Positions 28,473 through 38,854 are shown, counted from the first letter of the stretch. The stretch: DNA of 63,355 nucleotides from Candidatus Methanofastidiosum methylothiophilum (GCA_001587575.1 LNJC01000004.1:1-63355); one strand, 5' to 3'. Notes: generated by a model not told the origin, from the sequence alone. Made by a program: numbers and translations.

Positions 28473-29030
28473 TTAGGGTTTATCTACCCCGATAAGGACT
28501 GTTCCAAGATTTTCTCCTTTTATGTTGTATTTCTGTTTGAAGAAAAGATCTGTTGGAACACATAGACTTGCAGAGATTCCATTTAGATCATTTAGTTCCT
28601 CTAATTTTTGGGAAGGTATGACGAAGTAAGGTTTTCCTTGAGTTTTTACGTTGGTGAATATAACAAACTCTTCTCCCATAAAAAGGACATCATTTCTTTT
28701 TTGGTATTCGGGAATCTCATCCTTTCTTAATAATTTACCAAGGATATTGCCTGAAGGATCCTTCATTAAAGTTAAGCTCTGACCGTGTTTTCTATCGGAA
28801 AAAGTTTCGTCGATAAAGATAAGGAAAACTGCACTTTTTGATAAGACTTCCCAAACACCCTCGTTTATAAAGTCCATCATTCCCCCAGCAGCCTTATTCT
28901 TTTCTGCTTGGATTTCAAACTCTCTGACTTTATCTATGTCTTCTTGGGATAATAAAAAGGCATTTATAATGCCCTTAACAGACTTCAAACGATTTAGGAC
29001 CTCTTCTTCAATCGCCATGTGTATCCTCAA
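28473..29030 (-). CDS. hypothetical soluble protein
   Basis: 185-aa ORF whose start overlaps the asd stop by 4 nt. No family recognised. Confidence 0.45.
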   Translation of the reverse strand: MRIHMAIEEEVLNRLKSVKGIINAFLLSQEDIDKVREFEIQAEKNKAAGGMMDFINEGVWEVLSKSAVFLIFIDETFSDRKHGQSLTLMKDPSGNILGKLLRKDEIPEYQKRNDVLFMGEEFVIFTNVKTQGKPYFVIPSQKLEELNDLNGISASLCVPTDLFFKQKYNIKGENLGTVLIGVDKP

Positions 29031-30118
29031 AGGTAGCCTTTTGCTTTTAAAAGCTCAGCGTTTAATATTCCTCCGCCTGCAGCTCCCCTTACTGTGTTGT
29101 GAGAAAGACATACAAATCTTATGTCAAATACTTTACATTCTCTTAATCTTCCAACAGTTACTGCCATGCCTTTGTCAGAATCTCTGTCTTTTCTTGGTTG
29201 AGGTCTATTGGGTTCTTCTCTGTAGATAATTGGTTGCTTTGGTGCAAAAGGTAAGTTCAGCTCTTGTGGTTCAGATCGGAATTCTTTCCAGATTTTCTTT
29301 ATTTCTTCAAGTGATGGCTTTTTATCACCAAATTCAAGGCTAACACATGCTGTGTGGCCATCAATTGCAGGTACTCTGTTGCAGTGGGCAGATATTTCAA
29401 TGCTTGTATCGTTTACAATCTTTCCATTGACTATTTTCCCCATAATCTTCTGAGGCTCTACCTCTGACTTCTCCTCTTCTCCTGATATGAATGGCACAAT
29501 GTTGTCTATCATATCAAGGGATGGTACGCCAGGATATCCTGCCCCAGACACGGCCTGCATTGTTGTAATAATCATTCTCCTAACTTCATATCCTGCCTTG
29601 ATCAACGCATAAACTGGTGCCATGTAACTTTGTAGAGAGCAATTTGGTTTTACAACTATGAATCCCTTATCCCATCCGTTTGCTTTTTTCTGGTAAGGAA
29701 TAATATCAACGTGATTGCTGTTAATCTCAGGGATTAACATTGGAACATTATCAACATGTCTGTTAGCTGAAGCGTTAGAGAAAACAGGTATCCCTGCCTT
29801 TGCATATGCCGCCTCAAGTTCTTTAATTTTTTCTTTTTCCATTTCAAGTGCTGAGAAAACTAAGGCGCATTTCCCAATAGCTTGGCTTACCTCGTTTGCG
29901 TCTCCAACTATAAGTTTTCTAACTTTTTCTGGGGGGTCTGTAACCATTTGCCATTTGCCCATCACTGCGTCTTCATAGCTTTTGCCTGCGCTCTTAGGTG
30001 ATGCTGCCACATATGTCACATTAAACCAAGGATGATTATCCAATAATCTTATGTAATTCTGACCTACCATTCCGGTAGCTCCTATGACTCCTACATTTAT
30101 TTTTTCCATAACTTTCAC
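29027..30118 (-). CDS. asd: aspartate-semialdehyde dehydrogenase
   Basis: GVIGATGMVGQ Rossmann start, active-site region KPNCSLQ, SAHCNRVPAIDGH. 363 aa, archaeal-type Asd. Confidence 0.9.
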   Translation of the reverse strand: MKVMEKINVGVIGATGMVGQNYIRLLDNHPWFNVTYVAASPKSAGKSYEDAVMGKWQMVTDPPEKVRKLIVGDANEVSQAIGKCALVFSALEMEKEKIKELEAAYAKAGIPVFSNASANRHVDNVPMLIPEINSNHVDIIPYQKKANGWDKGFIVVKPNCSLQSYMAPVYALIKAGYEVRRMIITTMQAVSGAGYPGVPSLDMIDNIVPFISGEEEKSEVEPQKIMGKIVNGKIVNDTSIEISAHCNRVPAIDGHTACVSLEFGDKKPSLEEIKKIWKEFRSEPQELNLPFAPKQPIIYREEPNRPQPRKDRDSDKGMAVTVGRLRECKVFDIRFVCLSHNTVRGAAGGGILNAELLKAKGYL

Positions 30119-30121
30119 CCA

Positions 30122-30874
30122 TTATATTACGTAATTTCTTAATACTCCTATTCCTTCTATTTTGGCCTCTACTGTGTCCCCTCTGTTCATTGGGCCAACT
30201 CCAGGTGGTGTGCCAGTTGCAATGACATCACCGGGCTCAAGGGGCATTATTTCGGAAATAAATTCCAATAGCTCGTAACAATTGAATACCATATTCTTCG
30301 TCGAAGAATTTTGCTTTGTGACTCCATTTAATTTCAGGGATATTGGAAGATCAAGTGGGTTAATATTCGTCTCTATCAAAGGACCTATAGGGGCAAATGT
30401 GTCGTATGATTTTGCCCTTGTCCACTGAATATCCTTTCTCTGCAAATCTCTTGCAGTGACATCGTTGAATACTGTGTATCCCAAAATATAATCTTCAGCC
30501 TCATCTTTTTCAACATTTTTCGCTCTTCTTCCTATGACTACCCCCAGTTCTACTTCGTAGTCAACTTGGGTTGAAGTTTCAGGATATATTATTGGATCTT
30601 CAGGACCAATAACTGTGCTTTGAGGTTTTATAAATATGATGGGATTTTTTGGAAGTTCCATTTTGAGTTCCTTTGCATGATCCGCGTAGTTTAGACCTAC
30701 CGCCACAATCTTTGATGGCATCGTGGGTGAAACTAATTTAACTGAATTTGGATCAATCTCAGTTTCAGTTATTTGAAATTCTGAAAAAAAGTCTCCTTTG
30801 ATTTTTTTTATCACGTTGTTCTCAAGGATACCCTTTTCAATTTTGTCATTGTCATTGTACCTCAATAGCTTCAT
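30122..30874 (-). CDS. fumarylacetoacetate hydrolase (FAH)-family protein
   Basis: GLNYADHAKE...DYEVELGVVIG...FNDVTARDLQ...W.RAKSYDTFAPIGP...GDVIATGTPPGVG is the typical FAH/HpcE-like pattern. 250 aa. Confidence 0.85.
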   Translation of the reverse strand: MKLLRYNDNDKIEKGILENNVIKKIKGDFFSEFQITETEIDPNSVKLVSPTMPSKIVAVGLNYADHAKELKMELPKNPIIFIKPQSTVIGPEDPIIYPETSTQVDYEVELGVVIGRRAKNVEKDEAEDYILGYTVFNDVTARDLQRKDIQWTRAKSYDTFAPIGPLIETNINPLDLPISLKLNGVTKQNSSTKNMVFNCYELLEFISEIMPLEPGDVIATGTPPGVGPMNRGDTVEAKIEGIGVLRNYVI

Positions 30875-30886
30875 TTATTCACCTTT

Positions 30887-31903
30887 TTATCTTACTATTG
30901 AAAACACGTCACTCATTATTGCAGCTGCTGTTTCTATCTGGCCTGCTCCTCTTCCCATTACAGTAATGTCCTTTGATAGATCTGTCTCAAAAACAGCAAC
31001 GTTCAAAGTACCAGTTACTGCAAGTGGAGAGTTAAGAGGAACGGGTGTTGGCTCAACCTTTGCACCTTTCTCAGTAACTTCTACGATTAGTTTTATGATA
31101 TTTCCATTCTTCTTTGCTTCTATTACGTCTTCCATCATTACGCCTGTGATCCCCTTAACTTTAACATCGCTTAAAGTCATTGATTTTCCCATTAAAGCGT
31201 TTGAGAGAATAGTTGCTTTGCATGCTGCGTCCCATCCTTCAATGTCCTGGCCAGGATTAGCTTCTGCATATCCTTTCTCTTGGGCTTCCTTTAATGCATC
31301 TCCAAATTTCTTTCCTTCAAATGCCATATTGGAAAGTATGTAATTTGTAGTACCATTTAATATCCCTTTTACGGAAATAATTTGATTTCCTTTGAGTGCA
31401 TCCTGTGCTAAATTTATTACGGGCATTGTTCCCCCGACAGTTGCCTCAAATTTGAATTCCTTTCCGCTTTTTTCCTTGGCTTTTATAACTTTGTCATAGT
31501 GAAGTGCTAGAGGTCCCTTGTTTGAAGTGACTACATGCATGCCCCTGTCAAATGCTTTCATTACGTGATTCAATCCTGGTTGTGCATCCTTTATGTTTGT
31601 GGGTGTTACTTCAACTACAATATCGGCATCCATATTTTCTACTGCCATTTCCCCGTTCCATTTCTTGTCTTTTGAAGAATCAGGATAATTAATCATAAGG
31701 GATCTTTCTTTATTGTGATCCATCAACTTAACAAGATCAATTCCATTTTCATCGTAAATAGAATTTAACATGTCAGCAACACATACTATCCTGACATCTA
31801 CGCCATACTTATTTTTGTATTGTTCTGCTCTGTCTCTTATTACTTTACACACACCTTTACCAACAATACCGAAACCAACGACGCCCAAACGTACTTTTTT
31901 CAT
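30887..31903 (-). CDS. hom: homoserine dehydrogenase
   Basis: N-terminal GVVGFGIVGKG, central FEATVGGTMPVI, ILNGTTNYIL, and C-terminal catalytic-domain pattern. 338 aa. Confidence 0.85.
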   Translation of the reverse strand: MKKVRLGVVGFGIVGKGVCKVIRDRAEQYKNKYGVDVRIVCVADMLNSIYDENGIDLVKLMDHNKERSLMINYPDSSKDKKWNGEMAVENMDADIVVEVTPTNIKDAQPGLNHVMKAFDRGMHVVTSNKGPLALHYDKVIKAKEKSGKEFKFEATVGGTMPVINLAQDALKGNQIISVKGILNGTTNYILSNMAFEGKKFGDALKEAQEKGYAEANPGQDIEGWDAACKATILSNALMGKSMTLSDVKVKGITGVMMEDVIEAKKNGNIIKLIVEVTEKGAKVEPTPVPLNSPLAVTGTLNVAVFETDLSKDITVMGRGAGQIETAAAIMSDVFSIVR

Positions 31904-32068
31904 AATAAATCATCCTCTTAAATATAGTGAATACTCTAATTTTATTCTTTATTTAAGAGTTTCGGGATACGATTTTATTTTTTGAATTAGAAAAAAATTA
32001 TTACCGAAACCTTTTTAAAAAGGCTTAAGCTAGGAAGATAAAGTTATATTTTAGAAGGTGAAAGAGAA

Positions 32069-32575
32069 TTGGAGCTACCTTTTTGTGAGATCTGTTTGAA
32101 GACCGGAATGCTCTGCCCAGGTTGTACAGCTAAGATTAAAGATGGCGAACTTAATGACAGCGACCTCGAAATAGCTAAAGAACTTTACAGGCTTTCTCAG
32201 GAAAACAAAGGCCTTAAAGATGTGAAGTTCAAGAGGAGTATTAAGGTTGGCAATCTTGTAATTATTCTCATCGAAGCAGGAGAGATAGGAAGTATTATTG
32301 GTAAAGGTGGCAATGTAATAAGGGGATTAAGTAAGAAATTAAACAAAAAAATAAGGGTTATTGAAGAAAGTAAAGATGTTAAGAAAGTTGCTTCAGACCT
32401 TTTATACCCAGCAAAAGTTTATGGAATAAACATTGTTTACATGCCTGATGGTACAATAATTAAAAGACTCAGATTAGGAAAAGAATTTGAGAGAAAACTT
32501 CCTATTGCAACAAAAAGTGTAAAAGAAATACTTTTGTTGATCACGGGCGAGAATGTTGATATTGTATTTGAATAA
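32069..32575 (+). CDS. Zn-ribbon + KH-domain RNA-binding protein
   Basis: N-terminal CEIC...CPGC and a KH GxxG loop (IGKGGNVIRGLSKKL). TTG start with GGTGA 10 nt upstream. 168 aa. Confidence 0.5.
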   Translation: MELPFCEICLKTGMLCPGCTAKIKDGELNDSDLEIAKELYRLSQENKGLKDVKFKRSIKVGNLVIILIEAGEIGSIIGKGGNVIRGLSKKLNKKIRVIEESKDVKKVASDLLYPAKVYGINIVYMPDGTIIKRLRLGKEFERKLPIATKSVKEILLLITGENVDIVFE

Positions 32576-33661
32576 TTTTTCTAATACTTTCTTTTTATTA
32601 TAAACTTTCATCTCTGAATCTATTGACCCTTTTGCAGCTTTGATGAATTGAGATTCTTTTTCAATACAGTAGTCCAGAGCCCCACAACTCTTCATTATAT
32701 CTTTTAATTCGGCTATGTCTTCAGAGGATGCGTTCCTGTTTCCTAAAATAGTTTTAGCTTTCTTTAATTGATTCTCATCTGCACATTCAAGTGTTTTTAT
32801 AACTAACAATGTATTCTTCCCCTCTTTGATATCGCTGTCAACAGGTTTTCCAGTTGTATTCTCATCACCAAAAACACCTAGAATATCATCATGCACCTGA
32901 AAAGCTCGTGAGAGATTTGTAGAGTAATTGTCTAAAGAGTGTATGTCTGCTTTTTCTGTTAAAAGGAGTCCGATTCTCAAAGGGTATGTGAAAAGAATTC
33001 CAGTCTTATGGTCTATCATCTCAAAATATTTGTCTTCGTTTCCGCCTTTTTGTTCCATAAGAATATCTAGTAGCTGCCCTTCATTCAATTTTTTATACAT
33101 CTCTCTCTGCATTATCATTGCCTTTGTTACAATAGGGTTGTCAAATCCACTTGACCTTATTGACTGACCACTTAAAGCATAAAGTATGTTAGATCCTAAA
33201 ACTGAAAGCGCGTAAGAGTACCTTGAGATTGCTCTTTGCATAAGGAGCAATTGCGTAAGCCCGTCTTTTTTAATCCAGTTGCCACCATCATAGTAAGGCG
33301 TAAGATCAAATCTTGTAGATTTCAAAAATTTGTCAGCATATATTGCATTGAAAGTTTTTTCTCCATGCCTTAAAACGTCCTCATCCATAGCATCGTCTAG
33401 AATAAGTGAAGAGGAGTGAAGTAGCTCAAATGCTATTGAAACTCTTAATATATTTGGATTGTAATCTGCATACCCGCAATAAGCCATGATGCACATTATC
33501 GGCCTAAGTCTTTTTCCTCCAAGAAGGGTGTGGTGTCTTAAGTCTTTATAGAAATCACGTAAGACGTCATTTTCTATCGTCTGGAGTTCAGTTTCAAAGA
33601 ATTTTTTAATTTCTTCTTCTACTTCTTTTTTGAGTTCGCCTGTGACTTTAAGGAAGTCCAT
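32474..33661 (-). CDS. trans-polyprenyl diphosphate synthase (GGPP/longer-chain type unresolved)
   Basis: First Asp-rich motif LILDDAMDED and second FQVHDDILGVFGD. 395 aa. The last ~34 codons run antisense through the 3' end of the KH gene. Confidence 0.8.
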   Translation of the reverse strand: MDFLKVTGELKKEVEEEIKKFFETELQTIENDVLRDFYKDLRHHTLLGGKRLRPIMCIMAYCGYADYNPNILRVSIAFELLHSSSLILDDAMDEDVLRHGEKTFNAIYADKFLKSTRFDLTPYYDGGNWIKKDGLTQLLLMQRAISRYSYALSVLGSNILYALSGQSIRSSGFDNPIVTKAMIMQREMYKKLNEGQLLDILMEQKGGNEDKYFEMIDHKTGILFTYPLRIGLLLTEKADIHSLDNYSTNLSRAFQVHDDILGVFGDENTTGKPVDSDIKEGKNTLLVIKTLECADENQLKKAKTILGNRNASSEDIAELKDIMKSCGALDYCIEKESQFIKAAKGSIDSEMKVYNKKKVLEKLFKYNINILARDQQKYFFYTFCCNRKFSLKFFS

Positions 33662-33746
33662 TGTCGCACCTTTAACAGACTTTTTATTTTTAGTTTAAAT
33701 AAGTTTTGAAGATATCTTTTAAAGGCAGAGGAATAAATAATAATAG

Positions 33747-34793
33747 ATGCCAATAAAAAAGACCGATGCTAATTCAATTTATACCGGGAAGCTACCTGAA
33801 GGATGTAAATTATGTATTAAAGGTAGGAAATCTGTTCTTTTTGTTACAGGAATCTGCCACGTGAACTGTTATTATTGCCCAGTTTCAAATGAAAAAAAAG
33901 GTAAAGACGTATCATATATCAATGAGAGGAAATTAGAAAAAAAAGAGGATGTCCTAGAAGAGATAAAGGCCTGCGATTCAAAGGGGATTAGTTTCACTGG
34001 AGGAGATCCTCTACTAAAAATTGAAAAGTGCCTTGAATATGCTAAACTAATCAAAGAAGATGACAGTAAACATCATATCCACCTATACACAGGAAGTACA
34101 GATAAAACATCTACGGGATTGAAAAAATTAGAAGGATATGTTGATGAAGTTAGATTTCATGTCAAAAGTCAAAAGGAGATAGAAACTCTAAAGAGCGTTC
34201 TCGATATGGATTTTAATTTTGGAATTGAAATACCTGCAATACCTGGTGATTTTGATAGAATAAGCTCAATAATTCAATCCGCATCTTCAGTTGGATTTTC
34301 CTTTATAAATCTAAATGAGTTCGAGTACACAGAAACAAATTGGGACAACCTTTCAGGGAAGGGATTCAATTTCGATACAGATACTAGCATGGTGAAGGGG
34401 AGTAAGGTTCTCTCAATAGAACTAATTGAAAAATATCAAGATCTCCCAATATCACTCCACTTCTGCCCTTCTGTCTTAAAGGATGCCATACAATTAAGGA
34501 GAAGATGGGAGAGAAGAGCAAAGAATACAAAGAAATACTACGAAGAGATTGATGACTGCCTGATTGTAAAAGGAGAGCTATCCGGAAATGTAGAGGATAT
34601 AACGAAATATCTTACTGAGGAGCTTAATATTTCAAAAAAGATGTATGAAGTCCATGGAGATAAGGTTTTTACCCACTGGGCAATAGCCGAAGATATATCT
34701 GAAAATAAAAAAGTATCAAAGAAGATTAAAACTGCAATAGTAAAAGAATACCCAATCTATAAAAGATTAGTAGTAGAATACATTCCACTCTAG
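33747..34793 (+). CDS. radical SAM protein (COG2108-like, PFL-activase-related)
   Basis: CKLCIKGRKSVLFVTGICHVNCYYCPVS contains the CxxxCxxC cluster motif, followed by FTGGDPLL. 348 aa. Confidence 0.75.
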   Translation: MPIKKTDANSIYTGKLPEGCKLCIKGRKSVLFVTGICHVNCYYCPVSNEKKGKDVSYINERKLEKKEDVLEEIKACDSKGISFTGGDPLLKIEKCLEYAKLIKEDDSKHHIHLYTGSTDKTSTGLKKLEGYVDEVRFHVKSQKEIETLKSVLDMDFNFGIEIPAIPGDFDRISSIIQSASSVGFSFINLNEFEYTETNWDNLSGKGFNFDTDTSMVKGSKVLSIELIEKYQDLPISLHFCPSVLKDAIQLRRRWERRAKNTKKYYEEIDDCLIVKGELSGNVEDITKYLTEELNISKKMYEVHGDKVFTHWAIAEDISENKKVSKKIKTAIVKEYPIYKRLVVEYIPL

Positions 34794-35887
34794 AGTCCGC
34801 CCTTTGGCGATTTAGGTTTTCTTGTCAAAGTTCCAATCAAAACCCCTAGTTCCATTGTAACTGCGCACAGTAGCACTCCAAATATTATGTATATTGAAAG
34901 AGGGATATTTGATTTTGTTTCTTCAATTGCAACTTGTGTTAATTCTATTCTAGCTTTAATTTCATTTACTTTTTCTGTTAATCCGAGGCCCTGGTATGCA
35001 ATTTTAGCCTTTTGGTATTCTTCTAGAGCGTTAGAGTAATTTTTCTTTGTGAAGTATTCATTTCCCTGGGCGTAGTACTTTTCTGCATCCTTGACAAGTG
35101 AGGAATCTTTTATTGAGAAAGTGATGGATTCAGTGGTGGCTTTCTTATTTCCATATGGGTCAAAATATTCAACTATTATATCGGTCTTATAGTTGCCAGT
35201 AGAAGCATCTCCCTTCGCAGCTATGCTAAGATTTACATTCCTAGATTCATTTGACTTCAATAATCCTATTGAATCTACTTCAAGTGATGTTATGAAGTTG
35301 TTATTGCTGGGAACACTCAGTTTAATGTTGTTTCCATAGCCTACGCCATAATTTGTGACTTTAAATGGAACTTTAATAGACTGGCCCTGTAATACTTCAT
35401 TAGGGTAAGATGATAGCTCTATTCTAAGTGATGGATAGTCTTTAATTACTTTAAATTCTATATCCTTCATTAATAAGTAAGGTTTACACCCTTGTCTGCA
35501 ATTTCCAATTTCACCCTTAATCTTTAGAGGGAGCTTATAGGTTCCAGCTTCTGCATTTGAAGTGGTCTCAATTGACAATCTAAGACTTACTTGGTCTTGC
35601 ACATTGATACTGTGGTCCCCGTCCCCTACAACAAACGCCTTATCTGCGTCTACCAGCCTAATATAGCTTTTAATATCTGGAGGGATATCGTTTGGATCTA
35701 TTACAGCCTTTAAGTCCCAGAGCATTTCTGAAGTCGTATTAGTTAATTTTATGTCAATGTTTATCAATCTGCCAGGCTGTGTTTCGTTTGGATAAGTCAA
35801 CTCTACCTTTGGATCTGCATCAGCAGCCCCATATAAAGGTAGCAAAATCACAGAAATCAACAATAAAGGTAAAGCTTTCTTCATCAT
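34790..35887 (-). CDS. secreted, C-terminally anchored CARDB-like protein (paralog of 8032-8946) with TPR-like helix pair
   Basis: Signal peptide, MLWD motif and a GNCRQGCKP knot, collinear with 8032-8946. Extra YYAQGNEYFTKKNYSNALEEYQKA segment. C-terminal TM plus a basic tail. Confidence 0.7.
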   Translation of the reverse strand: MMKKALPLLLISVILLPLYGAADADPKVELTYPNETQPGRLINIDIKLTNTTSEMLWDLKAVIDPNDIPPDIKSYIRLVDADKAFVVGDGDHSINVQDQVSLRLSIETTSNAEAGTYKLPLKIKGEIGNCRQGCKPYLLMKDIEFKVIKDYPSLRIELSSYPNEVLQGQSIKVPFKVTNYGVGYGNNIKLSVPSNNNFITSLEVDSIGLLKSNESRNVNLSIAAKGDASTGNYKTDIIVEYFDPYGNKKATTESITFSIKDSSLVKDAEKYYAQGNEYFTKKNYSNALEEYQKAKIAYQGLGLTEKVNEIKARIELTQVAIEETKSNIPLSIYIIFGVLLCAVTMELGVLIGTLTRKPKSPKGGL

Positions 35888-35938
35888 GAAAGGTAGTATA
35901 TAATAACTCTTTTAAGCGTTACCCCATATATCAGTTCA

Positions 35939-37516
35939 ATGAAGAGGCGTTTTTTGTCAGTTTTTACCTGCCTGATGCTAATTTGCTCGATAAATTTAGC
36001 GGCAGGGGCAGATGAAAAGAAAGAAACTACCATAATGTTAAATCTTTACGAAAAGAGTAGTGAAGAATACACCATTTCAGGCGATATTTATAATTATGCC
36101 ATAAGACTTGTGGACCTTGACGTCTGCGATAAAGACCTATATGTGGCGTCTTGTATCAATACTATTGAGCTTAATATTATACAGAAGAATAAATACTCAA
36201 ATGAGGTAATAAAAACAGTTGTTGTACCAGACATTGTAAAGCTAAGAGAGTTTCCTATTGATATTGACTTTGAGGATATAAAGTTTGAAGGTATTTATGT
36301 AATTACAATCTACTTTGACCGTGGAGCGGCAAACTTCAAAATGAATTATACTAAAAAAGATGTCCTAAGGGGCATGAGTCCTGTTTACTCAGGGGATATG
36401 GCGGACAATCCATTTTTACTATATTTTGGTCAGGGAGACAACCTATACTTTATGAATATTAATAGAAGTGAGAACAGGCTTATTGTAAATGTTAGAAACA
36501 ATCAGGAGTCTAAAACACTTTATGGTTTATCTGATGATATCCTATCATTTGGCCCTGTTATGGTCAAAATATTAAACGAAACAACTGCAGGTATTAAGTT
36601 TACCGTTTATTCCAACTCCAATATAAAAAATCTATCAAAGTCAGAGGTCTCTTTAAGAAAGGGGGAAACTGGGAATATTGGAGGCCTGGATTTTACTATT
36701 TCTGATGCCGCTACGCTATCTGCCACAATTAAGGTGGAAAATCAGGATTATGCGATCAGAAAACGTTCTTTGAAGGGCATTAATAACTATATCTTTGAAG
36801 TAAATGATATTGTAGGAGACAGGGTCAGCTTAAACATTTACCACCCACCTTCTGTAACACTAGTGCAATACAATCCTAATGTCACCCTTACTGTGACAAA
36901 AAAACTAGATTTTTATGAGGGGGACGTCTTTGAGATACCGTTTACAATCGCAAATACCGGTAAGGCCAGCGCAAATAACCTGACAATAAATTTACAGGGA
37001 CACGGTGCAAACATAGTTGATGGGACTTGGAAAGGCATTCTAAATCCAGGTGAAGTAAAAGAACTAAAGTTTAAAGCTAGTTTCTATAACGAAGGAGACC
37101 ATACGCTTGTCTTTAATGTCAACACTGGCCAATCCTCTGAAGAATTTCAGGAAAAGGTAAGCATAAAATCTAAAGTCACTAGCGTATTAAAAGAAGGCCC
37201 AATGAAATCTCTTATAGTTATCACAAGGGATTACATAGTAACCCCAGATAGGATTAGAATGATCCAGAATTCAATTAACATATTTTTATACATCGGACTG
37301 GCGCTTTCAGTTGGCATAATACTTAATTCCGCTAGGCAGAAACTTCCAGTTGTTGAAAGGCCAAAAGAAAAACCAAAGAGAAGAGTTGCTAAAAGAAAGG
37401 ATATGCCACCTAAACCTATAAGTAAGGATATGGCAGTAAGTCAGGAAAGACTTAGAGTTTCAAAACAAAGAAGAAGCCAAGGCCTTAAAAGAGAAAGTGT
37501 AAAAAAGAAAGAATAA
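35939..37516 (+). CDS. secreted protein with CARDB-like domain, C-terminal TM and ~60-aa highly basic tail
   Basis: Signal peptide ...NLAAGA, FTIANTGKASANNLTINL, TM IFLYIGLALSVGIILNSA, then a KEKPKRRVAKRK...KQRRSQGLKRESVKKKE tail. Confidence 0.65.
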   Translation: MKRRFLSVFTCLMLICSINLAAGADEKKETTIMLNLYEKSSEEYTISGDIYNYAIRLVDLDVCDKDLYVASCINTIELNIIQKNKYSNEVIKTVVVPDIVKLREFPIDIDFEDIKFEGIYVITIYFDRGAANFKMNYTKKDVLRGMSPVYSGDMADNPFLLYFGQGDNLYFMNINRSENRLIVNVRNNQESKTLYGLSDDILSFGPVMVKILNETTAGIKFTVYSNSNIKNLSKSEVSLRKGETGNIGGLDFTISDAATLSATIKVENQDYAIRKRSLKGINNYIFEVNDIVGDRVSLNIYHPPSVTLVQYNPNVTLTVTKKLDFYEGDVFEIPFTIANTGKASANNLTINLQGHGANIVDGTWKGILNPGEVKELKFKASFYNEGDHTLVFNVNTGQSSEEFQEKVSIKSKVTSVLKEGPMKSLIVITRDYIVTPDRIRMIQNSINIFLYIGLALSVGIILNSARQKLPVVERPKEKPKRRVAKRKDMPPKPISKDMAVSQERLRVSKQRRSQGLKRESVKKKE

Positions 37517-38854
37517 TTATTTTCTTTTTCTTATTGCAATATATATTGCCCCTAAGACTGTGCCACCTAATATCCCAACTTCTTCAAAAGGAACATTTTT
37601 AGTTTCTGTTTTTGGCTGCTCTTGCTCTGGAGGCTTGTCCACTATAGACTTGTTATCTTCATGTGGCTTTATTACTTCCTTTTCTTGAAGCAAGAGGTAT
37701 AGCTTATTGTCATTTGAACCAACAAGTATGTCTTGCTTGCCGTCTTTGTTGATATCTAAAATAAAGAATGTCTCGACCCAACCCTGAGTTTGGAACTTGT
37801 ATTCAGTGTTTCCTGTATCATAGTCAATTATGTACAGGTTATTATCCTTGCACCCTGCGACAAGATAGGTGTTATCCCCTTCTTTCATGACTTCTATCTT
37901 AAATATCCTATCAGGCAGATCAAATCTCTTAAGGAATGCTCCTCTAGAGTCAAGGACAATTATCTCACCTTTGGTACCTGCAATTATTGTTTCTTCTCTT
38001 CCATCGTTATTAACATCGAAAAAGGTCGATGCGCTGGACTCAGTTTCAGTCCTAAACTCCCACATCTGGCCTAGATTCCTATTTAGAGAATAGACAACTG
38101 TTCCTTTCCAAGTTTGGGAATCTTCCCTAAACCACCTTGAAACATGAATCATGTTGTTATATCTATCAAGATAGAGATCCCTAAGTATATGTTTAGTCTC
38201 ATAGGATTTAGTAAGTTTTCCAAAGCCATCAAGCATGTAAGTGTTGTCCCAAGAAACAACCATTATTTCATTTATCCCATCTTCGTTTAAATCAACTATA
38301 AGAGTCCTAAAGTTATATCCTCTAGTCTTATAGTTCCATAGTAGGTTTAGTTCCTCATCAAAAAGATAGACACTCCCGTCATCGGCACCAATTATAGTTT
38401 CATATGTACCGTTTGAATCAACGTCACCAATGTCAAAATCAAGAATTGATCCCAAAATAGGTATAATGGCAATTTCTTCCCCCTCCGAATCAATAAAGTA
38501 CAGTAATGCATTGTATACCTCGTTTTTGGAAACTACCCTATTTTCTGTTCCCAAGATAATTTCATTTTTAGGGGAATCGTAGATGTCAAAGATTTTAAAG
38601 GTTGAAAATGAGTTATTTGATTCAAGTGTCCATTTGATATTGCCCGTGTTATCTAGACAGAGGAACTTCTTGCCTGCTGTATAAGCAAGTATCTCGTAGT
38701 TACCATCGCCATTCAGGTCATTTGCATAAACTTCCAGAATATCAAATTCATCCTTGTGAATTGTTTGACTTTCAAACTCTAAAGACAATGCTGAAGAAAT
38801 TGTCCCCATTGAGAATAGTAAAATTGTTAAAAAAGCTATAATTTTAAATTTCAT
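37517..38854 (-). CDS. FG-GAP/VCBS-type beta-propeller surface protein with C-terminal TM anchor
   Basis: Signal peptide. Repeated Ca-binding-like loops DLNGDGNYEIL, DVDSNGTYETIIG, DLNEDGINEIMV, DVNNDGREETIIAG, DINKDGKQDILVGS. TM GILGGTVLGAIYIAI followed by RKRK. Confidence 0.75.
   Translation of the reverse strand: MKFKIIAFLTILLFSMGTISSALSLEFESQTIHKDEFDILEVYANDLNGDGNYEILAYTAGKKFLCLDNTGNIKWTLESNNSFSTFKIFDIYDSPKNEIILGTENRVVSKNEVYNALLYFIDSEGEEIAIIPILGSILDFDIGDVDSNGTYETIIGADDGSVYLFDEELNLLWNYKTRGYNFRTLIVDLNEDGINEIMVVSWDNTYMLDGFGKLTKSYETKHILRDLYLDRYNNMIHVSRWFREDSQTWKGTVVYSLNRNLGQMWEFRTETESSASTFFDVNNDGREETIIAGTKGEIIVLDSRGAFLKRFDLPDRIFKIEVMKEGDNTYLVAGCKDNNLYIIDYDTGNTEYKFQTQGWVETFFILDINKDGKQDILVGSNDNKLYLLLQEKEVIKPHEDNKSIVDKPPEQEQPKTETKNVPFEEVGILGGTVLGAIYIAIRKRK

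Noticed and set aside
31963-32011. Inverted repeat GTTTCGG ... CCGAAAC flanking T- and A-runs in the hom / KH-gene divergent intergenic region, considered as an RNA hairpin or regulatory element.
   Set aside because: The arms are only 7 bp with a ~35-nt AT-only interior. Such pairings are expected by chance in this composition, and there is no second copy or conserved context.
32474-32575. 102-nt convergent overlap between the KH-protein gene and the polyprenyl synthase gene.
   Set aside because: It most likely reflects a chance lack of stop codons in the antisense frame, which extends the synthase ORF by ~34 non-conserved residues (…ARDQQKYFFYTFCCNRKFSLKFFS). There is no evidence of a functional antisense arrangement.
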